A program made the position numbers and the translations under genes. A stretch of 47,373 bases of DNA. Origin: Octopus bimaculoides (taxonomy: Eukaryota). The notes beneath the pieces are model-generated. The model saw nothing but the letters and a program-made list of their open reading frames with translations. It did not search any database and was not told where the DNA came from. Location: the NCBI RefSeq assembly GCF_001194135.2, contig NC_068981.1:148916969-148964341 (forward strand). Direction: 5' to 3'. The first letter of the stretch is position 1. The number at the start of each line of letters is the position of its first letter. Shown piece after piece: positions 35,311 through 47,373 of this stretch.

Positions 35311-37640
35311 AAGGTGCCGCATTTTTTATGGCTTTACTAGAAGAGAAAGGGCAACATCAGTCCTTTTTACTGGGAGATCCTAGTCTGATTAGAGGAAGGG
35401 AAGAAGTTATTGTCGGGTCGGTAATCTGGTCTGAATGCCCGCAAAACAACGAGCACTAGAAGTCAAGATGTGGTATTAAACCGAGTGACTAATTAAGTTT
35501 AGCACCCAAGATCAAATACAGTCCGACTGGATTTCATACAGTTTCAATTTGCCCCGTTTCCCCTACATGTAGAATAGAACTCGGACCACGTGATACTGAA
35601 GCAAATTTCTTGACAACGAACCTATGCTTAGTCCATTCCTAAAACCTGTATGAATATTTTAGCTGAGAAGACAGAGGCGAGATGGAAGAAACGGCGGAAC
35701 GTTGAAGTTAATACTATATGATATTTAGTTTCGTAACTTTTTTTTAATATATATTATGTTCACTTCAAGCCACGATCAACAATGTTTTTTTAGGAAACGT
35801 GGGTTGATAAAATAATTACCAGTTTTTGTTGCACTATTGTTTAGCCCAAGATTGTTATAAGGAAGAAGACATGTGATTAAAAACGTTCCAGACATGATCA
35901 TCTTACCGTTTTCCAACGCACCTTACCGTACGACCACGTTGCTCAATGTATCCTTCCTTTTTCTGTCAGACGGTAGAAGGTAATTTGAAGGATATTAGTT
36001 GCTATTTCTAGTAGTCTCCCTCATTGAGTCGAATAGTTACTAGTAATACGATAAAGTTGGTGCAATCGACTGTAACCACTTCCTACAACAATCTTCCTTC
36101 GTGCTTATGTAAGCAGTCAGTACTTTGGGTGGGAAGTGCTAAGTTATAACGTTTAGGCTTTCCCAAGGACTTTAGCGATTTAAGTGACAGGAAATGGCTG
36201 TAACCATTTCGAAACATGATCACGGACTCCGTGCTCGAGAGATTACTTCTTACTTTTGACATACGTCATGGGAAATGCTTAAAACAATGGCTTCCATTTA
36301 CATGTAGCATGCATTATAAGATATAAATAGCTCCCAGTATTTCATTGGTACTTTATTTCATCGACTCCGGAAGAAAGAACGGTTAAATTGGTCCTGGTGG
36401 GATTTGAACTCAGACCACAAAGGACCATAATTGTTAATATAGTTTGGCACAAAATTTAACCATATTTTATCATTCGTATCAACAAGATTGCATATTGCTA
36501 AAAGAGAGGAAACGAGATGGGTTTAGTTCATTCCTGTTACGAAGTCATGAAAACCCTAAATAAAACAAAACAGCTTTTAGTTAAGTGGGAACGTTGTGTC
36601 CATCACCAATTACAGTGTTTCCAACACTAGTGGGTAGGTGGGAGGAGAAATATATCCTCAAACCAGAGATCTGGCCCTAACGATTGCAACAGAATGGACT
36701 ACGCTAAAATTGCCGAAGGTGCCATTTGGTGTTTATAGGGCGACGGATGAAGTCTACCATCCAAATAGGCCCAACACACACACACACACACATATATATA
36801 TATGCGACAGGCTTCCTTGTTACAAGGACGAACAACACTCAACCACGTTAATGTTATTAGGTGACGCATCTCAGTTGCAGCCGCTTGAAGACGATTATAT
36901 GCGATTACATCAACTCCAATATATTGCTGGTACTTATTCACAGCTTATAAAATAGTATATAATTAGTTCTATTTTATCAACCATGGATAAAATAACATTA
37001 ATTTTACTTTAAAATCATCATTAAGAATAAAAATATAGAAAAATAAATAGATATAAATAAAAAGCAACCAAATCAAAAGCTGTGAAAAAAGATAAAATTT
37101 TTTCAACCTAAAATTAACTTCCCTCTGGAATCCCCAAATTTGCCCTAGAATCCTGAATTTTACCTAAAAGCAAAAGAATTGTAAGTCAAGATCTTCATTG
37201 AGTTCAAGAAAAAATACTACAGAGGAAGTAACGACAGTACCACTACGCCGAAGGGTGATACAAGAAATAGCAGCCAGATCTCCCTTACAGTAGCTTATCA
37301 TCTTAATTAAATAAAAAAGGTCACAAAGGTTAATAAAGTTACTGATATATAAACAGATGGGCTACTCATGGGTGGAACGCCTTTGATCATAAATCTATCT
37401 GCTTTATCAGGTATGACCTGAGACTAAACGACAACAGCAGCAACAGCAACAGTAACGATAAAGATATTAATGTCAGTGGTAGAGGTTAGATATAAAGGTC
37501 AAAAGGAATAAAAATGAAACCACGATCATTAATACAAGGCTGTGGCAAGGGCTAGTGTTGCTTTTAATTTTTATTACAGTCATCTCATCTGTTATAATGA
37601 AATAATCACTACACATTTAATGATATATAAATCAGTTTGC

Positions 37641-37856
37641 TAAGGCGGCTAGGTAGCTGAATAGTTCTCGCATATAACAAATTGTTTAACGCTATTTCTT
37701 CCGGCTTCAAATTCTGAGTTCAAATCACACCGAGGTCGACTTTTATTATTTCGTGGTCGATAAAATAAGCACCACTAAAATACCGGAATCGATACAATCG
37801 TCTGACCTTTCGCCTTCAAAAAATTGCTGTCCTTGTACCAAAAATTAGAAAGAATA
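37641..37856 (+). mobile_element. Degenerate SINE family B
   Basis: TAAGGCGG..TGAGTTCAAATCACACCGAGGTCGAC..GTCGATAAAATAAG..CCTTGTACCAAAA. Confidence 0.7.
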
Positions 37857-38370
37857 TAAATTAGTATGTACTTTGTATGACATGTAATTATATTAGCTTG
37901 ATTAAACGAGAAAGATAGGTGATGAATCATGGTTTCACGGTAAGCAAGCTTTTTGCCGCTCTCTATTTCTTAGAATCAATTATTCATATAAACTATATTG
38001 TAGTAGCATAAGAGGCTGTTAGTCTCTGTGGCAGCAATCATTTATGAAAATGAAATTTCCGTCTTGAAATGTTGCAGGATTTTTTTCCTAAACTAATACA
38101 AGTATGTATGTGTGTGCGTTCATGTGTGTCTATTATTATTGTTATTTAATTTTTACAAGGAGTGACAGTGACTTTAAAGTACATTGCCGCTGCTCTTGTA
38201 AGGGTTGAATAAACATGTACTCGACTAAAAAAAATAAAAATAGAAAGTCCTTTATAAAGTATAATATATTTGAAAAAAAAGGAATAAAAATGGCTTTTCT
38301 TATAATTTTTTCACTTTAATAATTAGTTGGTTATAAGTTGAACATCTATTAAAGCGGAAAAATGATCAGA

Positions 38371-38528
38371 AAAGCTATTTCTAACCACATGGTACCAGGT
38401 TCCGTCCCACTGCGTGGCACTTTGGGCAAGTGTTTTTTTACTATAGCCTCGGGACGACTAAAGCTTTGTGACTGAATTTGGTAGACGGAAAACTGGAAGA
38501 AGCGCTCGTCGTATATATATATATATAT
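38371..38528 (+). mobile_element. SINE family A 5' half, runs into gap
   Basis: AACCACATGG..GTCCCACTGCGTGGCACTTTGGGCAAGTG..CTATAGCCTCGGG. Confidence 0.85.
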
Positions 38529-39179
38529 NNNNNNNNNNNNNNNNNNNNNNNNNNNNNNNNNNNNNNNNNNNNNNNNNNNNNNNNNNNNNNNNNNNNNNNN
38601 NNNNNNNNNNNNNNNNNNNNNNNNNNNNNNNNNNNNNNNNNNNNNNNNNNNNNNNNNNNNNNNNNNNNNNNNNNNNNNNNNNNNNNNNNNNNNNNNNNNN
38701 NNNNNNNNNNNNNNNNNNNNNNNNNNNNNNNNNNNNNNNNNNNNNNNNNNNNNNNNNNNNNNNNNNNNNNNNNNNNNNNNNNNNNNNNNNNNNNNNNNNN
38801 NNNNNNNNNNNNNNNNNNNNNNNNNNNNNNNNNNNNNNNNNNNNNNNNNNNNNNNNNNNNNNNNNNNNNNNNNNNNNNNNNNNNNNNNNNNNNNNNNNNN
38901 NNNNNNNNNNNNNNNNNNNNNNNNNNNNNNNNNNNNNNNNNNNNNNNNNNNNNNNNNNNNNNNNNNNNNNNNNNNNNNNNNNNNNNNNNNNNNNNNNNNN
39001 NNNNNNNNNNNNNNNNNNNNNNNNNNNNNNNNNNNNNNNNNNNNNNNNNNNNNNNNTATATAACAAATAATAAATGAGTATATACATATATACGTACAGG
39101 TATGTGCATACCTACGTCTACCTGTATATATAGGTGCATATCTGGGTACAGGACATTGCAAACAAAACGTAGACAAAAA

Positions 39180-39450
39180 AATAATAACTAGAGTACAGAA
39201 AACACACAGGCCACATAGAGAACATTTTCCTTCATCAGCTACCCCCATTCTAACACAGACGTTTCGAAGAGTTAGGGCAGGACGCATCGTTAAAATGGCT
39301 CTTCCCACGGACCACAAACTAAATTTGTATACACAAATTAAATTTGTACCATGGAGGAATGTACAGCCAGACGTGAAAAATTATGTGTATATTGAACGCT
39401 GTGAAGTAAAGAACCGGAAGCGGGACGAAGTAAGTTCGCGTGTTTGCTCG
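39180..39450 (-). mobile_element. Interspersed repeat homologous to 23117-23430 (probable PLE terminus)
   Basis: Minus strand CTCTTCGAAACGTC..GCTGATGAAGGAAAATGTTCTCTATGT. Confidence 0.55.
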
Positions 39451-39546
39451 GCGATAGGTAAGCGAGGGGTAAGGAAGAGAGAGTTGTAGAGGGAGAAACA
39501 AAGGGAGGAAGTAGAAAATAGGTGAGCAATGAGAGAAAGAGAGGAA

Positions 39547-39680
39547 GAGAGAAATATAGTAGTAACAGAAGGACGAACGAGAGGGGGAAAGAGAGAGATA
39601 TAGTAGTAACAGAAGGAAGAACGAGAGGGGTAAAGAGAGAGATATGTAGTAGTAACAGAAAGAAGAAAGAGAGGGGGAAA
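39547..39680. repeat. Purine-rich minisatellite, ~44-bp unit x3
   Basis: GAGAGA(A/G)ATATAGTAGTAACAGAAGGA(C/A)GAACGAGAGGGG repeated. Confidence 0.85.
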
Positions 39681-39988
39681 AAGTTATAGAGATAGAGAAA
39701 GATGGAGTCGTGTCAGAAAATATAAAGTTCAAAAACTACTTACAGGGATGACGCGGGCGTTCGATCATGTAAAACAAATAATAAATTTTCCGTGTTTTTA
39801 TGACTGAAACAACCCTCAGTATACTAAATATTTCTAGTAAACGACGAAGAATACAATGAAGATTTTCTATTATAAATGTAACCTTTAAATTTATACAAAA
39901 AAATTTCTAGCACAAATTTATGACAAAAGTAATGCGCACAGAACCATTCAAGGGGTGCAAAACACTCATTTATCGTAAACTAGACGAC

Positions 39989-39989
<1 letters not shown>

Positions 39990-40045
<56 letters not shown>

Positions 40046-40054
40046 CCTATCTAC

Positions 40055-40104
<50 letters not shown>

Positions 40105-40127
40105 GTCTGTCTGTCTGTCTGCCTGCC

Positions 40128-40162
<35 letters not shown>

Positions 40163-40171
40163 ATATCTATA

Positions 40172-40243
<72 letters not shown>

Positions 40244-40245
40244 GA
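39990..40245. repeat. (ATCT)n/(GTCT)n compound microsatellite
   Basis: Directly visible. Confidence 0.95.
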
Positions 40246-41760
40246 TATATCAATGCATGTGTTGCGCATACAGGGACACACTCACACACGCGCGCGCTAA
40301 TACTCAACCATTTAATCTGGTGTCGTTTAACGCAAGACCAACCATATAAATTTAAGTGTTCCATCTATATGCTTTTTATTTTAATTTCAGGCAATATACC
40401 CGAGACAACAGTCAGTATCCGACATTGTTTTCCCTTTTCAAAAGAGGTAGGATGTGATTTTGATTAGTATTTGGCTGTTACTTCTAGCAGGTCCAGAAAT
40501 CACATAGAGCCTTCGTCGCTGGCTTCCTAATAATTCTAGGAACATAGTGAAGTGATTCAAATAGATTTAGCTCACCTTTTCAAATTAAACTTATTACGGT
40601 AGCAATACAATGTACCTTATCAATAAATATATGAATACAGAGTCAAATTCATATAAATGAAATCTCGCAGTGAACTTAATTCCACAAGGGCCATTTCAGC
40701 ATACCTGAATGCCGAAAACTCTTGTAGATTTTCCATATCGAGAAAAATCCGATATCAAAATAATCGTTAAAATCTATCAATAGACAAAAAGGGATCATAA
40801 GCGAATCCTTTCTTAGTGCATCATATTCTGAATAAATTATAAGTAACACTGAATAAACCGTAGCATTATTTAGTAAATCAATTAAGTCACACACACATAA
40901 TTGACATTATAATTACTAATTACTTGTTCAATTCAATAGATAACTCGAAAGACCTTATGTAGTGACTCGACCTGTAAGGTATAGGAGTTAAATCTTTTTC
41001 AAATTACACTTGACACTGTTAAAAATCATCATAGGCTACACTGGATAATGTAACTCCGATACACGTCATAGAAATTATTAGATTATTTTCTCATACACTC
41101 ACTCATACATATACATACACATACACACACATACACATACGCACACACGGGCAATTATTTGCATGCATACAGATGGATCTATGTGTTAGTGTCTACGGAT
41201 GTGTGTGTGTCTGTGTCCGAAAGACAGTATGTACATGAGTAGAAATACATAAATACTTGGAACAATAAAACGATATATGATCATTCACACACGTTAAAAT
41301 TTACAGACACCCACAATATGTATCGACACATCTAGATATGTTCTCGTTCGTGTGCATACATACAACATTACTTACATAATGTGACAGGGTTTTAAAAAAC
41401 AATATATTGCTCGCTTCCTGTTAGGGGTCGAACAAACGTCACTTTATTTTATTTTATCATCATGTTTGTTTATTTTCGTTGATCAAACTCCTTATTTTGC
41501 TAGTAACTCTATCTGTAACTAACCGACAATTCACGTGCGGCAACGGAAAGAAAGTTTATTTTTCATTGCGATATGTTACATACGTCGCCTTTTGATAACC
41601 ATCACATCTTTGCCTGTACTGAAATAAATAATAAAAGTAACATAAAATAAGAAAAAGGAAGCTCTACTCCTGTAAATCTGGTTTTATAATGTAAAATATT
41701 CTCTTTGTAAGTTAGAGCATAATTTTGTTTCTTCTTACGACAATTACTAAAGCGATTATA

Positions 41761-41777
41761 GTAACATGGCGGTAAGT
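41761..41777 (+). promoter_or_regulatory. Candidate start codon plus splice donor (AAC ATG GCG|GTAAGT)
   Basis: Kozak/YY1-like AACATGGCGG fused to a consensus donor in non-repetitive sequence; no partner exon identified. Confidence 0.2.
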
Positions 41778-42113
41778 TTCCAGTAAGCAGAATGCATTAT
41801 TTCTTGTTTACTTCTTTGTTATCACTATTTTACTACTGTAAGAAATCCAGTAACGGCGTAGTCTGGGTAAGTTTAGTGTCGGTACAACAATTATATATAT
41901 TTAAGTTAAATTGCGAGCAAAACCAAGGGATAAAAAATGCAACGCAAAAGACTAGAAGGAATAAAGAGTCAAAGTATTATGCTGTGAATGAAAGTAAAAG
42001 TATTAAGGATTCAGTTATTCGCTTTTTGCCTATGCAGATGAAATATATACAAATTTAAAATAAAAAGTGTTTTCGTAGTAGAAAGAATACTTACTATTAT
42101 TATTATTATTATT

Positions 42114-42723
42114 GAGTGAGAGAGCAGTGCATACCATCAAAGTGACACTGGGGTAAAATATACGAAGTCCATTATACCCATCATGACTATAAGGGTACAC
42201 CAGGCACATGCATCACAAACTTTATGTGCGCGACATGGTGATCTCATATCAAGATAAACAGCGCATGAGCTCGTAGGTGGGGCTCAGTTAGAATTTTCTT
42301 CAGGTCGAGTAGCCCATCCCATTCAAAAGGTCCCTGAATAAGGTTTGTTTAAGGATGTTGAGCAAAACACCCATGTTTCCAAAGGTGAATTATTCAAACC
42401 CCAAAGAATTCCTCTCAACACATGGCGATGATGCTCCCCCACTTCTTCTGCTCATGATCAGAAATGCACATATCGTCAGCCACCACGGGACATGCTCAAC
42501 TGGTTAAGGTCAAACAACTGGCAAGCAAATCTGTGGTATTGAGCAGAATATTTGCTGTAGCCCATCTTTTATACTAAGACAAAACAATGTACATGATAAC
42601 ACTTGCAATCGATTAAGATCAGAAGCCATGAGAGCCACTGCCTGGTACTGCATCCGAATATAGCCACTGCCTGGTACTGCATCCGGGCATACTGCCTGGT
42701 ACTGTATCCGGGCATACTGCCTG
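42114..42723. mobile_element. ~610-bp non-coding interspersed element embedded between (TTA)n tracts; likely a non-LTR retroelement 3' portion
   Basis: Abrupt GC rise bounded by (TAT)n 42094-42113 and (TTA)n 42724-42790; I recognise the sequence as a common octopus repeat; class is inference. Confidence 0.6.
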
Positions 42724-42788
<65 letters not shown>

Positions 42789-42860
42789 CATCATCATCAT
42801 CGTTATTGTCATTATTATTGGCGACCTTTATCTCAATATTCAATATCTGTACACCACACC

Positions 42861-42896
<36 letters not shown>

Positions 42897-42961
42897 TCTT
42901 TCTCTTTTTCTCTCTCTTTTTCTCTCTCTCTTTTTCTCTCTCTCCCTCTCTCTCTTTCTAA

Positions 42962-43011
<50 letters not shown>

Positions 43012-43032
43012 TGTGTGTGTAACACATATATA

Positions 43033-44153
43033 CAGAATGAGGTGAATAAATTGTCTAAATTACGCAAAAAGGAAAATAATGCTGACATCTCGTTTCAACA
43101 GTTATATTTACCATATTTACAGAAAAGTATCTTGAAATGCTAAAGAGTAAATTTATTCAATAAAATTGCCATTGGCTTCACCCACGGCCTCCAGATGACT
43201 TCGGAATCTCTTGCAAGTCTTGTATACAGTCTTTTTGTTTAAATTGGTGAATGCTGCCATATTCCTTGCCTTCAGTTCATCTTTGCTGTTACAAGGAGTT
43301 TTGTTGGTCTCTCACTCAACTGCGCCCCACACAAAATAATCAAGGGGGTTGCAGTCTGGAAAGTTAGGGCGTCAGATGTTAGGAGTGAAGTGGTCTCAGA
43401 AATTGTCTGACAGCCATGAGGGGGTTTTCCTGCTTGTGTGGCATGGTGCAGAGTCCTGTTACCACAGATAGAGTCTTCCAACAGCCACCCTTTCGACCAA
43501 GGGCAGTACTACCTCCTCCAGACACTTGATGTAGGCCTGGCAGAAATTTTTCTCGTCTGAGAGAAACCAAGGTATGTTCGGTTGGAAGGGATGCTTGAGT
43601 TTGTTCAAAAGCTTCGTAGCGCTGTCTTTCCTCTTGTTCTTGATGGGATAAAAATTGATCCTTTCTCATCTTGTATGAGGAATACCGAATATCTTTATGC
43701 ACTACCTACCTGATAAGAAACTCAAACACCCCTATGTCCCTGGCGCTGGACCTGATTGACTTTCAAGGATCGTTGTCAATTATGGCCTGGATCTCACCAA
43801 CAAATTCAGGAGTTCTTTTCTTATTAGAATGATCAGAGTAAGTTTTCCGAGCAGCCGTGCCTTCGTAATCACCATTAGACAAATCCAATTCTTTTCGAAT
43901 CCTCTGCACTGTCCTCAGATTGACACCCAAACAACTGAAATGTTCGTACTGGAGCTTCCGGTGCCAATGCCAAGCAGCACAGCAAGTCATTTCTAAATTT
44001 CTGGCAGAGTGAATAGTGTCATGGTACTGTTTTTCTCACAGACGGTGCCTAACTGACCCTACTATACTGTGTAGTCGACAAAATCAAAAACAAACAATGT
44101 GCATGCGTGAAATAAGAAATATAAAATAGCGACAATTTACCCATCGCACCCTG
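43033..44153 (-). mobile_element. Tc1/mariner DD37D (maT-type) transposon, internally deleted, pseudogenised
   Basis: TA at both ends; imperfect ~23-bp TIRs CAGAATGAGGTGAATAAATTGTC / GACAATTTACCCATCGCACCCTG; translates to WFLSDEKNFC..QDSAPCHTSRKT..PDCNPLDYFVWG with 37 residues between the last two Asp; several stops. Confidence 0.92.
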
Positions 44154-44213
44154 TATGTGATGTAATATGTGTGAGCGTATGTGATGTAATATGTGTGAGC
44201 GTATGTGTGTAAT
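44154..44213. repeat. 24-bp tandem repeat x2.3 starting at the transposon's TA
   Basis: TATGTGATGTAATATGTGTGAGCG repeated. Confidence 0.85.
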
Positions 44214-44630
44214 GGGAGCTTTTTTTAATGTAAGAGTGGATCCCAAGGGGATGAAGTGCTGGGAAGATTTTGTGAACAACTTGTACTTTTTTTATTTTAT
44301 AATTTTTGATATCAGAATGGATTCTATATTTGTTAATCTTCGTTAATATTTCCAGACACACTGAAACAGAATTAGCAACAGAAAGGCATCATTTCTTAAG
44401 TCAATGTCTACTTAAAGTAATTAAAGCAATTATTCTATAGATCTGGAGGTCAGTCATATGGAATTACGATGAGATCAAATTACTAACGAAAGTGAAAACT
44501 AGAATTCCATTGTAATATTGTGACANNNNNNNNNNNNNNNNNNNNNNNNNNNNNNNNNNNNNNNNNNNNNNNNNNNNNNNNNNNNNNNNNNNNNNNNNNN
44601 NNNATATATATATATACAAAGCATAGCTGT

Positions 44631-45044
44631 TGGTTTCAAATTTTAGCACAAGGCCAGCAATTTCGGGAAGGGGTCAGTCGATTAGATCGACCTCAGTGTT
44701 CAACTGGTACTTATATTATCAACCCCAAAAAGATGAAAGGCAAAGTCAACCTCGGAGGAATTTGAACTCAGAACGTAAAGACGGACGAAATGCCGCTAAT
44801 AATTTTGCCCGACATGCTAATGATCTTGCCAGCTCATCGCCTTATATACAGCATAGATATTTCGCGGAGGAGCGTCAGTCGATTAGTTCGACCCCAGTGC
44901 TCAACGGGTACTTATTTTATCTACTCCGAAAGGATGAAAGGTCAAGTCAACTTCGACGGAATTTGAACTCAGAACGTAAAGACGGAGGAAATGCCGCTAA
45001 GCATTTTGACCGATATGCTAACGATTCTGCCAGCTCACTGCTTT
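44631..45044 (-). mobile_element. Two tandem SINE family B units (44631-44844, 44861-45044)
   Basis: Each has GAATTTGAACTCAGAACGTAAAGACGGA..GCCAGCTCA. Confidence 0.88.
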
Positions 45045-45119
45045 GAAAAGAGCATAGACATTAAGGAGCCAACAAAGGAGCCCCGTACACCGTCGTTCGC
45101 AATTACAAACAAATCAACC

Positions 45120-45275
45120 TCGTGTCATACTACGATACCACCTTTAAGTGTTCACTTGAACAAATCGATTCCAGTACATATTTTTATAAGTCTGCTGCAT
45201 AATTTATCGATTTCTTATGTCGAACCACTAAATTATGTGGATGTAAACAAACCAAGTTCAGTTTGCCAAGCAGTT
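45120..45275 (-). mobile_element. Decayed SINE family A 3' half
   Basis: GAACAAATCGA..CCAGTAC..GAACC.CTAAATTATG.GGATGTAAACA.ACC. Confidence 0.55.
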
Positions 45276-45505
45276 TTTTTTTTATTGCGATACGTATTTT
45301 ATTTATGAATGAAGCAGAGAAGGAAGGAACGTTGTACATGGTTACTTGAAATAACAGACAAGTTTCCCCCAAGTCACACCTTTGCTGTGCTACAAAAGGG
45401 TGGTTATATTGGTAATATTTAAAAGATAATTTCACCTTTGCTGGAAGAAATATGAATGTATTAATTTGTTCAAATTAGGGCTGTTAAGGGGCTGCTCATT
45501 TATCG

Positions 45506-45657
45506 CTTACTTGTTTTAGCTATTGGACTACGGTCATGCTGGGGTACTGTCTTGAAAGGGTTTAGTTGAACAAGTCGATCTCAGTACATACTTTTATTAG
45601 TGTGGTATTCTAGCGATTTCTTTCGACAAAATTTTAGGTTACAGGAATGTAACCAAG

Positions 45658-45713
<56 letters not shown>

Positions 45714-45850
45714 TACGGGCTTCTTTCAGTTTCCGTCTACGAAATTTACTCACAAGGCACTAGTCGGCTTAAGGTGCCGCGTAGTAGGACTGGACTCGAA
45801 GCTAGGTGGTTGCAAAGCAAACTTCTGAAATCAAACAGCCATGCCTGCGC
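45506..45850 (-). mobile_element. SINE family A, diverged, with internal deletions
   Basis: CTTACTTGTTT..CATGCTGGGG, (CA)n, CGGGCTTCTTTCAGTTTCCGTCTAC..CAGCCATGCCTGCGC. Confidence 0.8.
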
Positions 45851-45910
45851 TTAACAACAACAACAACAACATTTCATAATCAATTCCAGATTAAATGATG
45901 GGGGACGATA

Positions 45911-46175
45911 TACGAGGTGGTGCTGAAAAATTCCTGGCTTTAAGAGTGTCGCGAAGGCCTGATTGCTGGCCCAACCTTCCGCGTTCTTTTACAGGGCTCA
46001 GAAAAACTGAAGGACCGCTGCATTAAGTGTGTGAATCTGAGAGGGAATGTGGTGAATAAAATCATAATTAACTGAACCTCCTACATATATACGAAGGTGA
46101 GTCAAAAAGTAATGTCATTTTGTTTAGGGCAGGTATAATTACTAACACAAGAATATGTATCACCTTATTCTTAAA
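45911..46175. mobile_element. Mariner-derived MITE (45911-46083) followed by a second mariner-like TIR fragment (46090-46175)
   Basis: TACGAGGTGGTGCTGAAAAATTCCTGGCTTT; body is the reverse complement of 16457-16655; then TACGAAGGTGAGTCAAAAAGTAATG. Confidence 0.7.
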
Positions 46176-47042
46176 AGTGCAGTGCAGTGCAACGTACCCG
46201 GAAAGACGCGGTTATAAAACGTACTTTTTAACCAGAGTCCATTTAGAAGTATATTATGCTTAAGTAGTTCACAGAACCCATTTAATTAACCTTAATAAAT
46301 TTTTCTTCTTCTGTGCTGGATTTAAACAGTCTTGATTATCTTCAGGTGTCTAATTCTATGCACACGTGCTCACACACTCACACATTTGCAGGCATACACA
46401 CACATATTACACACATATATATATATAAACAAATAAATTTACATACACACACAACATCCAAGCATACATATACGTATACGTGTAGGCACTCATAAATATA
46501 CACATATGTTTGGCAGTGTTTTGGGGAATATGTAAGTAAGAATGTAGATAGAAACAAAAAAATAATACTCATAGTAGTTATTTTTTTTCTAACAACATAA
46601 ATAAGCAGGCTTATGATCAAGAACGCTGTGACCATAACCACCTTTTTCCCCCTCAGGTATACTGTGCATAAAACTACATTATCCAACGGAACCTGTTTGT
46701 TTTTCTTTAATTTTACAATGATTGGTATGGTCTGAAGCCGATTCAACTCATATTTCTTGTAAGCTAAGCGACCACTTACATATTGCTTTGCAGGTCACAG
46801 AGTTAGATAGGATTTCATAAAAAAGAAGGATGAAGTGTTGTAAGGGTATTTTTTCATATGTGTACTATCTTATAATTTAATTTTGATTTATTAATTATAG
46901 AATGTTGGTGCTTAAATTTATTTCTAACCACATCTATAAAGCATAGAGGTGAAAGATACATAAAGACTACTACAAGAAAAAAATTGGGACTAGCATATAA
47001 CACTGAATATCTGAAAATAACATATATATGTGTGTGTGTATA

Positions 47043-47095
<53 letters not shown>

Positions 47096-47328
47096 TACTA
47101 ATTTAGTATTGAAATCCATCTTATATATCTCTACGATCTAAATTAAGTTGCTAATTTAATACTTCCATAATTGAAAATGTAATATATAACATGAGGTTAC
47201 AAGACCGAAGATCTTATATGTCCTAGGTTGCTAGTATATCGATTACGCCACCTACGAATCTACTGTGAATATATATACATATATATATTTATATATATAC
47301 ATATATTTATATATAGAGAGAGAGAGCT

Positions 47329-47373
<45 letters not shown>

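Noticed and set aside
40710-40785. Possible minus-strand 69-nt exon ending CAG|GTATGC
   Set aside because: Peptides unrecognisable, weak acceptor and no neighbouring exons; such sites occur by chance.

Overview
This is a gappy (12 N-runs, roughly 11% of the window), AT-rich, microsatellite-saturated eukaryotic sequence. Its repeat families match ones I recognise from octopus/coleoid cephalopod genomes (inference, not a database result). I find no supportable host protein-coding exon. Nearly all listed ORFs are microsatellite or N-gap artefacts. The interpretable content is mobile DNA: ~25 copies or fragments of tRNA-derived SINEs from several families, a 5'-truncated RTE-clade LINE, relics of L2/CR1-type and Penelope-like (PLE) retroelements, an internally deleted DD37D (maT-type) Tc1/mariner transposon plus a second fragment, mariner/hAT/TcMar non-autonomous pieces and several foldback elements. 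The most interesting signal is a set of sequence-unrelated type I hammerhead-ribozyme-like motifs (7560-7661 +, 30681-30742 -, 30490-30526 +, degenerate 22221-22247 -). The best one lies in the arm of a perfect 133-bp inverted duplication, consistent with Penelope pseudo-LTRs or retrozyme-like elements. There is also a cluster of long hairpins at 7.3-9.8 kb and a weak candidate first coding exon (ATG GCG|GTAAGT) at 41766.
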